Assembly: GCA_964016885.1 (NCBI GenBank)
Contig: OZ024749.1
Location: 36,890,001 to 36,954,000, forward strand
Length of the DNA: 64,000 nucleotides
DNA from: Eledone cirrhosa
Lineage: Eukaryota
Direction of reading: 5' to 3'
Below the pieces are notes generated by a model. It did not search any database and had not been told where the DNA came from. It worked only from the letters and a program-made list of their open reading frames with translations. The position numbers were made by a program, and so were the translations under genes. Below are positions 34,238 to 47,628 of the stretch, in pieces (within the stretch, counting starts at the first letter, position 1; every line of letters begins with the position of its first letter).

Positions 34238-35510
34238 GTAGTAGTAGTAGTAGTAGTAGTAGTAATGGTGGTGGTGGTAGTAGTAGTAGCAGTAGTAGTA
34301 ATGGTCGTGGTGGTGGTAGTAGCAGTAGTAGTAGTAATGGTGGTGGTAGTAGTAGAAGTTGTAGCAGTAGTAGTAATGGTGGTGGTGGTGGTGGTGGTAG
34401 TAGTAGCAGTAGTAGTAGTAGTAATGGTGGTGGTGGGGGTAGTTGTAGTAGTAGTAGTAATGGTGGTGGTGGTGGTAGTAGTAGTAGTAATGGTGGTGGT
34501 GGTAGTGGTAGTAGCAGTAGTAGTAGTAATGGTGGTGGTGGGGGTAGTAGTAGTAGTAGTAGCAGTAGTAGAAATGGTGGTGGTAGTGGTAGTAGTAGTT
34601 GTAGCAGTAGTAGTAGTAATAGTGGTGGTAGTAGTAGTTGTAGCACTAGTAGTAGTAATGGTGGTGGTGGTGGTGGTAGTAGTAGTAGCAGTAGTAGTAG
34701 TAATGGTGGTGATGGGGGTAGTAGTAGTAGTAGTAGCAGTAGTAGAAATGGTGGTGGTAGTGGTAGTAGTAGTTGTAGCAGTAGTAGTAGTAATAGTGGT
34801 GGTAGTAGTAGTTGTGGCAGTAGTAGTAGTAATGGTGGTGGTGGTGGTAGTAGTAGTAATGGTGGTGGTGGAGGTAGTAATAGTAGTAGTAGCAGCAGCA
34901 GCAGTAGTAGTAGTAGTTGTTGTTGTTGCTGTTGTGGTATTTATTGGAATTGTAGAAGTATAAGTAGTTATTGAAGTTACTGTTATATTTGTTGTGACAC
35001 CTGTTGTACTTACTGTAGAACCGGTTATAATTCTAGTAGCTTTTGTTGTAGTTATTGCTATTTTATTTGTTCGGGTTGTTGTTGTTGTTGTAGCTGCAGT
35101 AGTAGTTGATGTTGCTTTAGTTATAGTAGTTATACTACTACTGCTACTACTACTACTACTACTATTACTACTACCCCTACTACCACCATTATTACTACTA
35201 CCACCACCACCATTACTACTACTACTGCTACAACTACTACTACCACCACCACCACCACCATTACTACTACTGCTACTATTACCACTACTACTACTACTAC
35301 TACCCCCACCACCACCATTACTACTACTACTGCTTCTACTACTACCACTACCACCACCACCACCACAACCACCATTACTACTACCACCACCACCATTACT
35401 ACTACTGCTACAACTACTACTACTACTACCACCACCATTTCTACTACTACTGCTACTACCACCACCACGACCATTACTACTACTGCTACTACTACTACCA
35501 CCACCACCAT

Positions 35511-35565
<55 letters not shown>

Positions 35566-35580
35566 GCTACTACTACTACC
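34238..35580. repeat. Inverted pair of mixed trinucleotide arrays, (GTA/GTG)n then (TAC/CAC)n
   Basis: 34261-34320 is the reverse complement of about 35454-35515, including a rare GTC/GAC variant. Confidence 0.8.
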
Positions 35581-35848
35581 ATAGTAGTGTTGTTGTTATG
35601 ATAATTGTAGTTTTTATTATCCATTTCGAGAAAGCCATTTTGTTTTCCTTTCTCACTATAATGATAGAATTCCTATCAACTGTTTATTACTATATACGCG
35701 GTTTATAACAATACATATACGGATTGTCACAATACATATACGGATTGTCACAATAGATACATGGTTTATCACCATACATTCACTGTTTATCACCCCACAT
35801 ACGCTGTTTATAACAATAGATACACGGTTTTTCAACATGCATACAAAT

Positions 35849-36230
35849 CTACAAAGTGTGACTGGGTATTTTGTACCCTAGGGTAACTCTACAAATTGTA
35901 ACTGGGTATTTTGTACCCTAGGGTAACTCTACAAAGTGTGACTGGGTATTTTGTATCCTAGGCTAACTCTACAAAGTGTGACTGGGTATTTTGTACCCTA
36001 GGGTAACTCTACAAAGTGTGACTGGGTATTTTGTATCCTAGGCTAACTCTACAAAGTGTGACTGGGTATTTTGTACCCTAGGGTAACTCTACAAAGTGTG
36101 ACTGGGTATTTTGTATCCTAGGCTAACTCTACAAAGTGTGACTGGGTTTTTTGTATCCTAGGGTAACTCTACAAAGTGTGACAAGATATTTTGTATCCTA
36201 GGCTAACTCTACAAAGTGTGACAAGGTATT
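35849..36230. repeat. 40-bp minisatellite, about 9.5 copies
   Basis: Unit ctacaaagtgtgactgggtattttgtaccctagggtaact; a degenerate 21-bp repeat precedes it at about 35692-35838. Confidence 0.95.
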
Positions 36231-36274
36231 GTGACAAGGCTGACCCTTAGAATTACGGGTACAACTTATATTTT

Positions 36275-36386
36275 CTGAGCTGAGTGAACTGGAACAATGT
36301 GAAATAAAGTGTCTTGCTCAAGGACACAGCGCACCGCCAGGAATCGAACTCACGGCCTCAAAGTTGTGAACCGAATACCCAAACCA

Positions 36387-36388
<2 letters not shown>
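36275..36388 (-). mobile_element. SINE family B 5' part
   Basis: agctgagtgaactgga..gtgaaataaagtgtcttgctcaagg...ggaatcgaactcac, reverse complement of family B. Confidence 0.8.
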
Positions 36389-36429
<41 letters not shown>

Positions 36430-36430
<1 letters not shown>

Positions 36431-36632
36431 ACAAAGAGGGTGTAGTAATATACCAGGTGGACCATATCGCACCAGAGTACTCAATACTTACGGTAGTAGA
36501 GTGTGAAATATGAAAAGAGTCAGGACCCCGACGGCTGAGCTCCAGCTGTTTCGACAGCTAGATCCGAACAGTTCGCATCTAACTGTCGAAACGGCCGGAG
36601 CTCGGCCGTCGGGGTCCTGACTCTTTTCATAT
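36430..36632 (-). mobile_element. Palindromic-element family copy (imperfect palindrome about 36508-36632)
   Basis: atatgaaaagagtcaggaccccgacggc...gccgtcggggtcctgactcttttcatat, preceded by the reverse complement of the family tail. Confidence 0.85.
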
Positions 36633-36713
36633 ATATATCCAGGAGATTCCAACCAGAATGGTTGCATTTTTTAAGGGTATGTCAATATTTATTTATAAAA
36701 CTAACCTATATTA

Positions 36714-36779
36714 TATTTTATCTGATGAAAGCGCACCATAGTTTGCTCTGGTTGCCCTTGAAATATGTATAATGAAATA
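36714..36779 (+). ncRNA. Type I hammerhead ribozyme motif
   Basis: TATTTTAT CTGATGA AAGCGCACCA...TGGTTGCCCTT GAAA TATGTA TA ATGAAATA; part of a repeat (36650-36810) also present at 42700-42865 on the minus strand. Confidence 0.75.
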
Positions 36780-36887
36780 AATATGGTTTTATAAATATAG
36801 TTTCCATTTGTTAATATATTGTATATATGTATATATATATTTATATATATATATATATTTATATATATATTTATATATATATATATT

Positions 36888-36940
<53 letters not shown>

Positions 36941-36955
36941 TTATATATTTATATA

Positions 36956-37088
<133 letters not shown>

Positions 37089-37212
37089 GTAGGAGGTGAG
37101 TTTTATTGTAGTACAATAAAGCAATGCAGATATCGGATAAGAAGCACTCTACAGTTTGTGGGACTGGAGTATGCATAATATAAGATCAAAAGATGGTTAA
37201 AGGAGTTCAATA

Positions 37213-37283
37213 TATTTTATTATGCGCATTTCAAAAACAAACATCATCAAACAATAATATTTGTGTTTTCATCAGATAAAACA
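37213..37283 (-). ncRNA. Type I hammerhead ribozyme motif (left arm)
   Basis: Exact reverse complement of 38159-38229. Confidence 0.8.
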
Positions 37284-38158
37284 GGAGAACATGATATGAA
37301 GGCTAAAAAAACACTTGTTGATAGTGCAGTTTTAAATCAACATATGAAAAGTGGTTTTAGATTGATGTGTGATATTGGGAAAAATATTTTATTTAGAGAG
37401 GGGGGGAGAGAAAAGGATGAAAAGGGAAGGAGATGAGCGGGAGAGATGGGTGATAGAGAGAAAGAGATAGTTTTTATAACTGAGAGGAGATATATTTTAT
37501 ATAGAGGGGTTGAAAACCGTTGGAAGATACTGTATAAATTAAAAATTTTGAAAATTAACGAAGGGAGGATATGTGCGAGGAAAAAATATATTATATTTAG
37601 GGAGGGGTGGGGGTGGAAAGGATGAAAAAAAAAGGGGAGGAGATGAGAGTGAAGGTGGAAAGGGAGAGATGGGTGATAGAGAGAAAGAGATAGTTTTTAT
37701 AACTGAGAAAAAGATATAATGTTTTAATATAGAGAGGTTGGGAACCGTTGGAAGATAATGTATAAATTAAAGGAATTTGAAAATTAACGAAGGGAAATTA
37801 TGTATGGAGATAGAGAGAAAAAAATTAACGAAGGGAAATTATAATATATAATATATTTTTTCCTCGCACATATCCTCCCTTCGTTAATTTTCAAAATTTT
37901 TAATTTATACAGTATCTTCCAACGGTTTTCAGCCCCTCTATATAAAATATATCTCCTCTCAGTTATAAAAACTATCTCTTTCTCTCTATCACCCATCTCT
38001 CCCTCTCATCTCCTTCCCTTTTCATCCTTTTCTCTCCCCCCCTCTCTAAATAAAATATTTTTCCCAATATCACACATCAATCTAAAACCACTTTTCATAT
38101 GTTGATTTAAAACTGCACTATCAACAAGTGTTTTTTTAGCCTTCATATCATGTTCTCC

Positions 38159-38229
38159 TGTTTTATCTGATGAAAACACAAATATTATTGTTTGATGATG
38201 TTTGTTTTTGAAATGCGCATAATAAAATA
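38159..38229 (+). ncRNA. Type I hammerhead ribozyme motif (right arm)
   Basis: TGTTTTAT CTGATGA [15 of 16 positions paired in stem II] GAAA TGCGCA TA ATAAAATA; palindromic GCGC loop III. Confidence 0.8.
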
Positions 38230-38274
38230 TATTGAACTCCTTTAACCATCTTTTGATCTTATATTATATATATT

Positions 38275-38342
<68 letters not shown>

Positions 38343-38621
38343 CAGAATATCTCCTGTACATCAATTGCCGTATGATAACCTCTCAATGCTTAAAGGTATT
38401 AAAGTTAGTTAAGCAGAGAACAGAGAGCCAATACATATTTATCTCATCATTATTGGTACGGTGATAAGGCCTCTTGTAAAAAGTGGAAACATGCAGAGTA
38501 GGTATCACATCAAAACAATAGAGTATTACTTATATATACTTACATATACATATATATACATATATATACGTTCGATAATGGATAAACATATTTCAAAGTG
38601 AAACTACGTTATCTCATATAT

Positions 38622-39660
38622 AATGGTTTCTTATATAGGCACAAGGCCAGCAATTTTTTGGGGAAGGGGAAAGTTGATTAAATCGATCCCAGTGCGTGAT
38701 TGGTACTTTATTTTATCGACCCCGTAAGGATGAAAGGCAAAGTTAACCTCGGCGGGATTTGAAAATAGATCATACTGCAAAGCATGGCGTCTGACCCTCT
38801 ACCGATACTGCCAATCCACCGCCCTGTTCTCTCATATATAATAAAATATATTATATTATAATATAATATAATTGTTTCTACTTTTGGCACAAGGCCAACA
38901 ATTACTCAGTGCATTACTGGTACTTTATTTTATCGTCCCTGTAAGGATGAAAGGCAAAGTTAACCTCGGCGGGATTTGAACTCAGACCATAAAGGGCTGT
39001 AACTCTTTGCTGCAAAGCATGGCGTCCGACCCTCTACCCATACTGCCAATCCACCGCCCTCGCAAATCACAAACCATTATATTATATTGGCCAACAATTT
39101 GATAGGAAGGGAAAGTCGATTAAATCGATCCCAGTGCGTTACTGGTACTTTATTTTATTGACGCGGTAAAGCTGAAAGGCATAGCTAACCTCGGCGAGAT
39201 TTGAACTCAGAACATAAAGGGCCGTAGTTCTATGCCACAAAGCATGATGTATGATGCACTGCCTACACTGCCAGTCTACCGTCACTAATATAATGATATA
39301 ATCGTTTCTACTTTTGGCACAAGGCCAGCAATTACCCCAGTACATTACTGGTACTTTATTTTATCGACCCCGTAAGGATGAAAGGCAAAGTTAACCTCGG
39401 CGGGATTTGAACTCAGACCATATAGGGTTAGGACTAGGGTTATGGTTATGGTTAGGGTTAACCTCGGCTGGATTTGAACTCAGACCATATAGGGTTAGGG
39501 CTAGGGTTAGGGTTATGGTTAGGGTTAACCTCGGCTGGATTTGAACTCAGACCATATAGGGTTAGGGCTAGGGTTAGGGTTTGGGTTAACATCGGCTCGA
39601 TTTGAACTCAGAACGTAAAGAGCCATAACTATACTGCAAAGCATAGAGACTGACGCTAAT
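38622..39660 (-). mobile_element. Tandem cluster of about four SINE family A copies; the last is interrupted by telomere-like repeats
   Basis: Repeated ggtactttattttatcgaccccgtaaggatgaaaggcaaagttaacctcggcgggatttgaactcaga. Confidence 0.88.
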
Positions 39661-39960
39661 ATATAACATAATTTAACATTATATATATAGCTTATGCTGA
39701 CCAGATAACCATGTTGCTTGTTTTTTTCCTATCTTCGGTTTGCTTTTATCCTTCTATGTTGTTTACTTGTCTCACTCGCTTTACGCGACTAACTTGTCCC
39801 AATAGCTTTTTTTAGTTATTGCTCGCACCAACCTGAGGTATATGATTTTTAATGCGATGAAATACCAATGATGGTTGGCAAATCACTGACGAGGGACTAA
39901 TTTTATAATATGTAACCCATGTGCAACCACGCAGTATTCCTCTCTCTTCTCATGTTTTTT

Positions 39961-39996
<36 letters not shown>

Positions 39997-40789
39997 GTGT
40001 GTGTGTGTATGTATGTGTGAATGTATGCATACATATGTACGCACACGCACATATATGTCTGCTCCATTCTATTTATTTCTTCCTCTTTTTGTCCTTCCAT
40101 GTTACCCCTTTCCATATCATTGCTCATACTTATTCATCTGTATCACACCTGCCTTACCTTTACTTATCAACACAATAATATATTCTCCTTACCCAGTCAC
40201 CACCACCACCACTACACACCACCACCACCACCACCACCACCACCACCACCACTACACACCACCACCCACCACTACACACCACCACCACCACCACCACCAT
40301 CACCACAACCACCATCTCTAGTACTTTACCATCACCACCATGTCACCACCACCACCAACACCACCACCACTACACACCACCACCACCACCTCTACACACC
40401 ACCACCACCACCACCACCACAACCACCATCTCTAGTACTTTACCATCACGACCATGTCACCACCATCACACACCACACACCACCGCCATCACCACCACCA
40501 CTACACACCACCACCACCACTACACACCATCACCACCATGCGTGTGTGTTTGTGTGTTTCAAGCTTTGCTGAAATTCTTGACGAGTTAGTTTCAATATAA
40601 TAAAGTAACTCTGGTGTGGAGTAATTCAGTTGGTTACGTGACAACTTCTATAATGTTGTGAAGGTATCATGGTGTGGTACAGTGCCTTGTCTCTGGCTTG
40701 CCCTTGCTTGCTTTTGTCTTCCTACTGTCTGTCGCCATTCTTCTCTTTTGGTTTGTGTTAGTGGTGTGCTACTGTGCTGTTATGTTGTG

Positions 40790-41195
40790 TGTGTTGGTGT
40801 GTGTTGGTGTGTGTTGGTGAGTGTTGGTGATTTTGGTGAGGTTTGGTGCGTGTTGGTGTGTGTTGGTGAGTTTTGGTGTGTTGGTGAGGTTTGGTGCGTG
40901 TTGGTGTGTGTTGGTGAGTTTTGGTGTGTTGGTGTGTGTTGGTGTGTTGGTGAGTTTTGGTGTGTTGGTGTGTGTTGGTGTGTTTTGGTGTGTTGGTGAG
41001 GTTTGGTGCGTGTTGGTGTGTATTGGTGAGTTTTGGTTTGTTGGTGTGTTTTGGTGTGTGTTGGTGTGTGTTGGTGTGTGTTGGTGTGTGTTGGTGTGTG
41101 TTGGTGTGTGTTGGTGTGTGTTGGTGTGTGTTGGTGTGTGTTGGTGTGTTGGTGTGTTGGTGTGTGTTGGTGAGTTTTGGTGCGTGCTGGTGTGT
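40790..41195. repeat. (GTGTTGGTGT)n minisatellite
   Basis: Direct reading. Confidence 0.9.
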
Positions 41196-41283
41196 TGTAT
41201 GAGTTGGTGAGTTAGTGTGTCTCTCTTGGTTATATATATATATATATGTATATAGGTATTTTGATATACACACACACACACAT

Positions 41284-41344
<61 letters not shown>

Positions 41345-41410
41345 CATACATATTTGCATCATATATATGCGTATATATACAGATATATATACATATATTG
41401 TATATATATA

Positions 41411-41472
<62 letters not shown>

Positions 41473-41599
41473 TTATATATCTGTGTGTGTGTGTTTGAGT
41501 TTGTGCGATTTCGTGTGTGTCTGTATTTAAATATTCATATACTTGCATACCTCTATATATATTTAGATACACATACACACTGACACACGCATATATATA

Positions 41600-41636
<37 letters not shown>

Positions 41637-41668
41637 TGTGTGAGTGTGTATGTGTATCAATATGTATC

Positions 41669-41737
<69 letters not shown>

Positions 41738-41754
41738 GTTCATATATACATATG

Positions 41755-41798
<44 letters not shown>

Positions 41799-42354
41799 TA
41801 CAGCCGTTGATATACACATGTCGACATACCATAGAGAAACGGCACCACACTTACCACCATCATGACCTTCACCACCCCCATGACCTTCACCGCCCCCATG
41901 ACCTTCACCGCCCCTATCACTCTCACCGCCCCCTCTTACTACACTCGAAGGTATACACCAATTTATCACATCGTGTCTAGAGAAGAAGAAGAAGAAGAAG
42001 AAGAAGAAGAATGATAATGATAATAATAATAATATTAAGAAGAAGAAGAAGACGAAGAAAAAGAAGAAATAAGAGAAAACAGAAAACCAATAATAACATC
42101 AATAACAACATCAATAACACTAACAATAACAAAAACAATAACAAAAATGGTGGTGTTAACAGTTGACAAGAGGTGAGGACATAGATGTCCTCATTGCATT
42201 ATGTAAATTAACCATATTCGTATGCTGGCACGACCTTAAAATGGCGTCCACATCACATTTGTTGAGCTTTCAGTCTTATAGTGGAAAACAACAACAATAA
42301 TAATAACACCAGCAATAAGATGTGGGTATACGGTTATATGTATATATATATGTT

Positions 42355-42415
<61 letters not shown>

Positions 42416-42470
42416 ATATATATATATGTGTGTATATATATATATATATTTGTGTATATATATATATATA

Positions 42471-42601
<131 letters not shown>

Positions 42602-42732
42602 GCAAAAGTTTTATTTAAAATTGTTGGGTTACAACAAGTAAATATTTTATAACTGATATAAAGCACTCGACAAGTTTTTGGAGTAGATATACGATACTAA
42701 ACAAATGGAAACTATATTTATAAAACCATATT

Positions 42733-42798
42733 TATTTCACTATACATATTTCGGGGATACCATATTAAAAATATGGCATGCCTTCGTCAGATAAAATA
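42733..42798 (-). ncRNA. Type I hammerhead ribozyme motif
   Basis: Minus: TATTTTAT CTGACGA AGGCATGCCATATT-TTT-AATATGGTATCCCC GAAA TATGTA TA GTGAAATA. Confidence 0.72.
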
Positions 42799-43074
42799 CA
42801 ATATATAAACAGTTTTATAAATAATTTTGACGTACCATAAATATGAGCGACCATTATGTAGGAAGTTGGTTTGGTAGTGAAGTGTTTATAAATATTTAGT
42901 GTTAAGCACAGTTATAAAGAAAGACGGAGAAAAAGAAGAAATGTATTTAAAGAAAAACAGAGAGAAATAGAGAGAGATAGGGGAGAGAGAAATAGGGAGG
43001 AGGTGAAAAAAGAGAGGCAACCGAAGGCAACAGATGAATAATAATAATTCATCATACAAATTGAGAGGTATATG

Positions 43075-43109
<35 letters not shown>

Positions 43110-43206
43110 GTTGAAACAAAATGAAAACGAAATTTCATTTCTCACTCTTAGTATGGCACTTACTTAAATGTAAGTATGCATGCATACTTACATTTATATA
43201 TATATG

Positions 43207-43315
<109 letters not shown>

Positions 43316-43356
43316 GTATATATATATATACATATATATATATGTATATATATATG

Positions 43357-43507
<151 letters not shown>

Positions 43508-43508
43508 T

Positions 43509-43589
<81 letters not shown>

Positions 43590-43725
43590 GTATATATATA
43601 TACATATATATATATATACATATATATATATACATATATATATGTATATATATATACATATATATATATGTATATATATATACATATATATATGTATATA
43701 TATATATATACATATATATATATAC

Positions 43726-43799
<74 letters not shown>

Positions 43800-44011
43800 G
43801 CACACACACACACACATACACACACACACACAAATATATATATAAGAAATTAAAGGGTTGTAGTTAGGAAGTATTTTCTCGGTAGTTCTATTGTAACCAA
43901 ACACCTGCACTATTTTCACTTCTCTCTCTCTCTCTCTCCTCTCTCTCGTCTTCTCTTTTCCTTAATGGTTTCTTAAAAATCTTAAGTCTCTCTAACATGT
44001 ATTTAGGATTA

Positions 44012-44099
<88 letters not shown>

Positions 44100-44101
<2 letters not shown>

Positions 44102-44455
44102 TATAGTCTCAGTCATTGATGTTAGTTAACTGGAAAGTTTGTTGAAATGAATATCAAGCCACTACCTGCAGCCTCAGATATTCAGGACGTATCGTAGGGT
44201 TCTTGCTGTTCCCAGCAAGCATGCCTTTTGAAGCGTTCCAAAAAGCGTGAAGGGGCTAATTTTCTTTAACCATCCCTGGAAACATTTTGAGATAGTCCCT
44301 AGTGCGCCTATGACAATCGGGATCACTTTGACTTCATGGCAGTTCCAAATCCTTTTTACCTCCCACTTTAAGTCCTGGTATCGGTTAATTTTCTCCCTCT
44401 CCTTCTCTTGCACTCTCGTGTCGAATGGGCAGGCCACATCCACAATCAGGCACGA
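44100..44455 (-). mobile_element. 3' end of an R4/Dong-clade non-LTR retrotransposon (restriction-like endonuclease C-terminus), followed by (TAA)n
   Basis: IVDVACPFD...KEREKINRYQDL...VIPIVIGALG...LQKACLLGTA; stop at 44174; (TTA)n at about 44010-44100. Confidence 0.85.
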
Positions 44456-45110
44456 TCGAGATGCGCGCAGGGTGACGAAACCGTCCTGCACGCACTCGTC
44501 CAGTGTCCGAACTTTGCTGACTTGTGGGTTTATGTCGAACACTTGCTGTCACGTGTAGGATGGATCCGGCTATCCTCTGAGTCCATCGTGAAGATTGCCC
44601 CGCCCTCTTCCTTTAGCCGGGAAGGGCAGGCAGCTTTTATCTGTCTGGTGGCCATGGCGAAAGAGATAGTATGGTGAACGCATTTGAAAGGGCTGAAGAC
44701 GAGCACTTACCTCTTCGGTGATGCCCTGATTAACTTTTTCAAACTTCATTTGAAAAGGAAAATCAGGGTAGAGAAGGAAGTGCCCTCTTCCCAGCGTTTT
44801 CTTGAAAGATGGGTGAGAGAGGCAAGAATGGCCCGAGTGAATGGGCCTACTCTGAATATGTGCCTGTAAATTGAAGGTGGAAAACTGGGAGAGGGCACTT
44901 GCCCTGGTGGTCAGGGTCACCGTGGATTTTTTAATGGGCTTTCTCCACGATGGCCCTCGGAAGACTCCCCCTATTGGGAAATTTTTCATTGTTGCTTTTT
45001 TTATTACATCCTCTGTTTTTCTTTTACACGCAGAAATGCCCATTTGTACCGTCCTGTATTGTCTTTAATGTATTACTTTGTATAAACCCATGTGGTTAAT
45101 AAAGAAAGCA
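44456..45110 (+). mobile_element. 3' end of an L1/Tx1-like LINE (zinc-knuckle region, 3' UTR, AATAAA)
   Basis: RC..GDETVLHALVQC...LW; frame continues through one stop to 44869; aataaa near 45098. Confidence 0.8.
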
Positions 45111-45360
45111 TTATTATTATTATTGGTATCTAAAATTGTCGTCACGTATAGTTTTGCTCCGTAAGTGTTGTTGATTTTCACTTGTTTTCATAACGTTCAT
45201 CGTTAAAATTTTGTAACAAACTCTTAATAAGGCACCATACATTCCCCTCAGAAACGGGGACTCAATGATATTTGAACTTTATTTATATACTGGCAAACGT
45301 TTAAAAAATGGAGGTGATAGAACCCTCTTCTTTCAGCCAGCTGTCACGTGACAGCAACAC

Positions 45361-45782
45361 TACTTGCTCAACGACCTCAGGGCACTGGACATAGATGTGG
45401 TGGCCATCAGCGAGACCCGAATTCCCGAGAAACGAGCCTTTGCACCAATTTTCCGCGGCTACGAGGTGTACGCATCTCCAAGCTGTTCAGGATGTAGGGG
45501 TGGAGTCATCGATTTGTTTCGGAAAGGCTTCGATCTCACGATACAAACCACCTCCTGAACCTAGAAGGTAAGTTTGTGGTGCTGGACCTGATCAGGTGTG
45601 TGGGCCGTGGAATGGTGGCGCTGCTGAGAAGGGATTTGGACAAGTGTGTATGTGTGGGAGGGGGGCATATTGATAATTTTTGGCCTGTCCGAGATGCACG
45701 CAGGGCGACAAAATCGTCCTGCACACACACTTTGTGTGTCCGAGCATTCCTGATTTGGGGGTTTATGTCGAACATGTGGAAC
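45361..45782 (+). mobile_element. Internally deleted L1/Tx1-like remnant: AP-endonuclease N-terminus joined to a C-terminal knuckle fragment
   Basis: LLNDLRALDIDVVAISETR...GGV..LFRK; 45690-45780 resembles 44456-44545. Confidence 0.7.
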
Positions 45783-46129
45783 AAGACGATGTTAAGTGTT
45801 TTATAGATTTTTTGAACTTAAAAGAAATATTTTCCGACTGACCGCGAATGTTTAAAGTCACACTATTATTTAACATATCGTAAGATGCTCCTACATGGTA
45901 CTGGTAAATAATCACCTGCCTTTCAGGTGATTATATGTTTATGTCGCATGAATTTAGAGTTGTTGTATGTCTGCATATAAGTCCAACACAGGTTTGATGT
46001 AAAGTACTTTACATTTATATGTAAGACATATATTCTCACTTTGAAAATGGTCGGTAGTTGTTTAAAGTTATAAATTTATGTATTTGCTGTATTTGTAAAG
46101 GAAAACATTTACTTGTGAGAAATTATAAG

Positions 46130-46396
46130 GCGTGGGTTAGTGTTGGAGTTATGGCTTGTGGTACGGTTAGGGGTAGGGTTAGGTTTGGAGCTCTGGCTTG
46201 TGCTACGGTTAGGGGTAGGGTTAGGTTTGGAGCACTGGCTTGTGCTAGGATTAAGGATAGGGTTAGGGTTAATATTAGGGTTAGGGTTAAGCTAAGGTTA
46301 GGGTAGAGTTTAAGTGTTGAGCTAGGTTTAGTGAATATTATGGTTATGGCTATGGTTATGGTTAAGGTGAATCCTAGGTATAGGTTCAGGGTTAGG
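46130..46396 (+). repeat. Degenerate interstitial (TTAGGG)n-like array
   Basis: Many gttaggg/gttatgg/gttaagg hexamers; a 42-bp duplication inside. Confidence 0.8.
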
Positions 46397-46717
46397 AGTA
46401 TATAAATATAAATCATCTATATGATGATAAACTTTAAACATACATGTGCAGCAATAAAAAAAAATCTTAAATCTTTGAACCTCTTTGAAGCTAGTACAGT
46501 TAAATGTTGCATCTCTTTGGGGTTTTAGGAGGTAAAGGGAACTTTAAAACTGTTTAACTACAATTACGTACTGCACTTTGACAGAGACAGACAGAGTGAT
46601 ATATATATATATATATATAGAGAGGGAGGGAGAGTGAAAGATAAATATATATATATATATATATATACGTATACATACGTAAACACACACACACACACAC
46701 ACACACAAACACGCACA

Positions 46718-46792
46718 CACGGCTATTTCTGAACTCCTAGAAATAGCCATCGAAACGGCTTGAGCTCTGTCGTCGGAGTCTTGAACATTTTC

Positions 46793-46796
<4 letters not shown>
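46718..46796 (+). mobile_element. Palindromic-element family fragment (hairpin centre plus right arm)
   Basis: ggctatttct...agaaatagcc atcgaaacggcttgagctctgtcgtcggagtc. Confidence 0.75.
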
Positions 46797-46877
<81 letters not shown>

Positions 46878-47487
46878 AAGAGGGAGATTATTTAGAAGTT
46901 GAAAACCCCTTCCTAGTTTCTCACACCTACTAACAACCAAAACATATAAAATATGAAACTGAGGATCTGAGAACATTGGTAAAATTTTTTAAAAAGTTGA
47001 AAGTACTGAATGAACGGCTGTGTAGATTGATTTAGTGTGTGGGGGCAGTGTTGGAGGTGAGGAGATGGCAGTGGTGGGGTGATGGCATTGGTGAGTGTGA
47101 TGGTATTGGTGGTAGTGAGGTGAGTAATGGTAGTGGTGAGGGTGATGGTAGTGGTGGGGGGTTGTTAGTGGTGGTGGTGGTGGTGGTGGTGGTGGTGGTA
47201 GTAAAGGAGGTAATGATAGTGGTGTGAGATAGTAGTGAGGGTGATGGTTGTGTAGGTTGTGTAGAGTATGGTAGCGGGGGTGGGGTGAGGTGGTATGGAG
47301 GACCAGGGGATTGTGGTGGATGGCGGTTGAAGGAAGCTTGATGAACGAAACAGCCTATTCATGAAATTAACGTGTAAGTAGCTAAGCATTAAATAGCCAT
47401 GTGCATTTTCAACGTAATTCTCAGGGAGATTCATTATGAAACTGTATGACAAAACTACCCATTTGAATTACATGTACAGTCTTGCTT

Positions 47488-47628
47488 AGAGTTACGTCCC
47501 TTTACGGTCTGAGTTCAAATCCCGCCGAGGTTAACTTTGCCTTTCATCCTTACGAGGTCGATAAAATAAAGTACCAGTAATGCACTGGGATAATTGCTGG
47601 CCTTGTGCCAAAAGTAGAAACAATTATA
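47488..47628 (+). mobile_element. SINE family A, 5'-truncated
   Basis: ctgagttcaaatcccgccgaggttaactttgcc...gtgccaaaagtagaaacaatt. Confidence 0.88.

Larger units (their letters stand above)
37175..38267. mobile_element. 422-bp inverted repeat (37175-37596 / 37846-38267), 249-bp spacer, each arm with a hammerhead; Penelope-like inverted arrangement
   Basis: Arms are reverse complements with about 2 mismatches seen. Confidence 0.9.

Noticed and set aside
35849-36230. CRISPR-like periodicity (also 57012-57332)
   Set aside because: No unique spacers, no cas genes, eukaryotic context
46130-46396. True telomere or chromosome fusion site
   Set aside because: Short, highly degenerate, single orientation and internal
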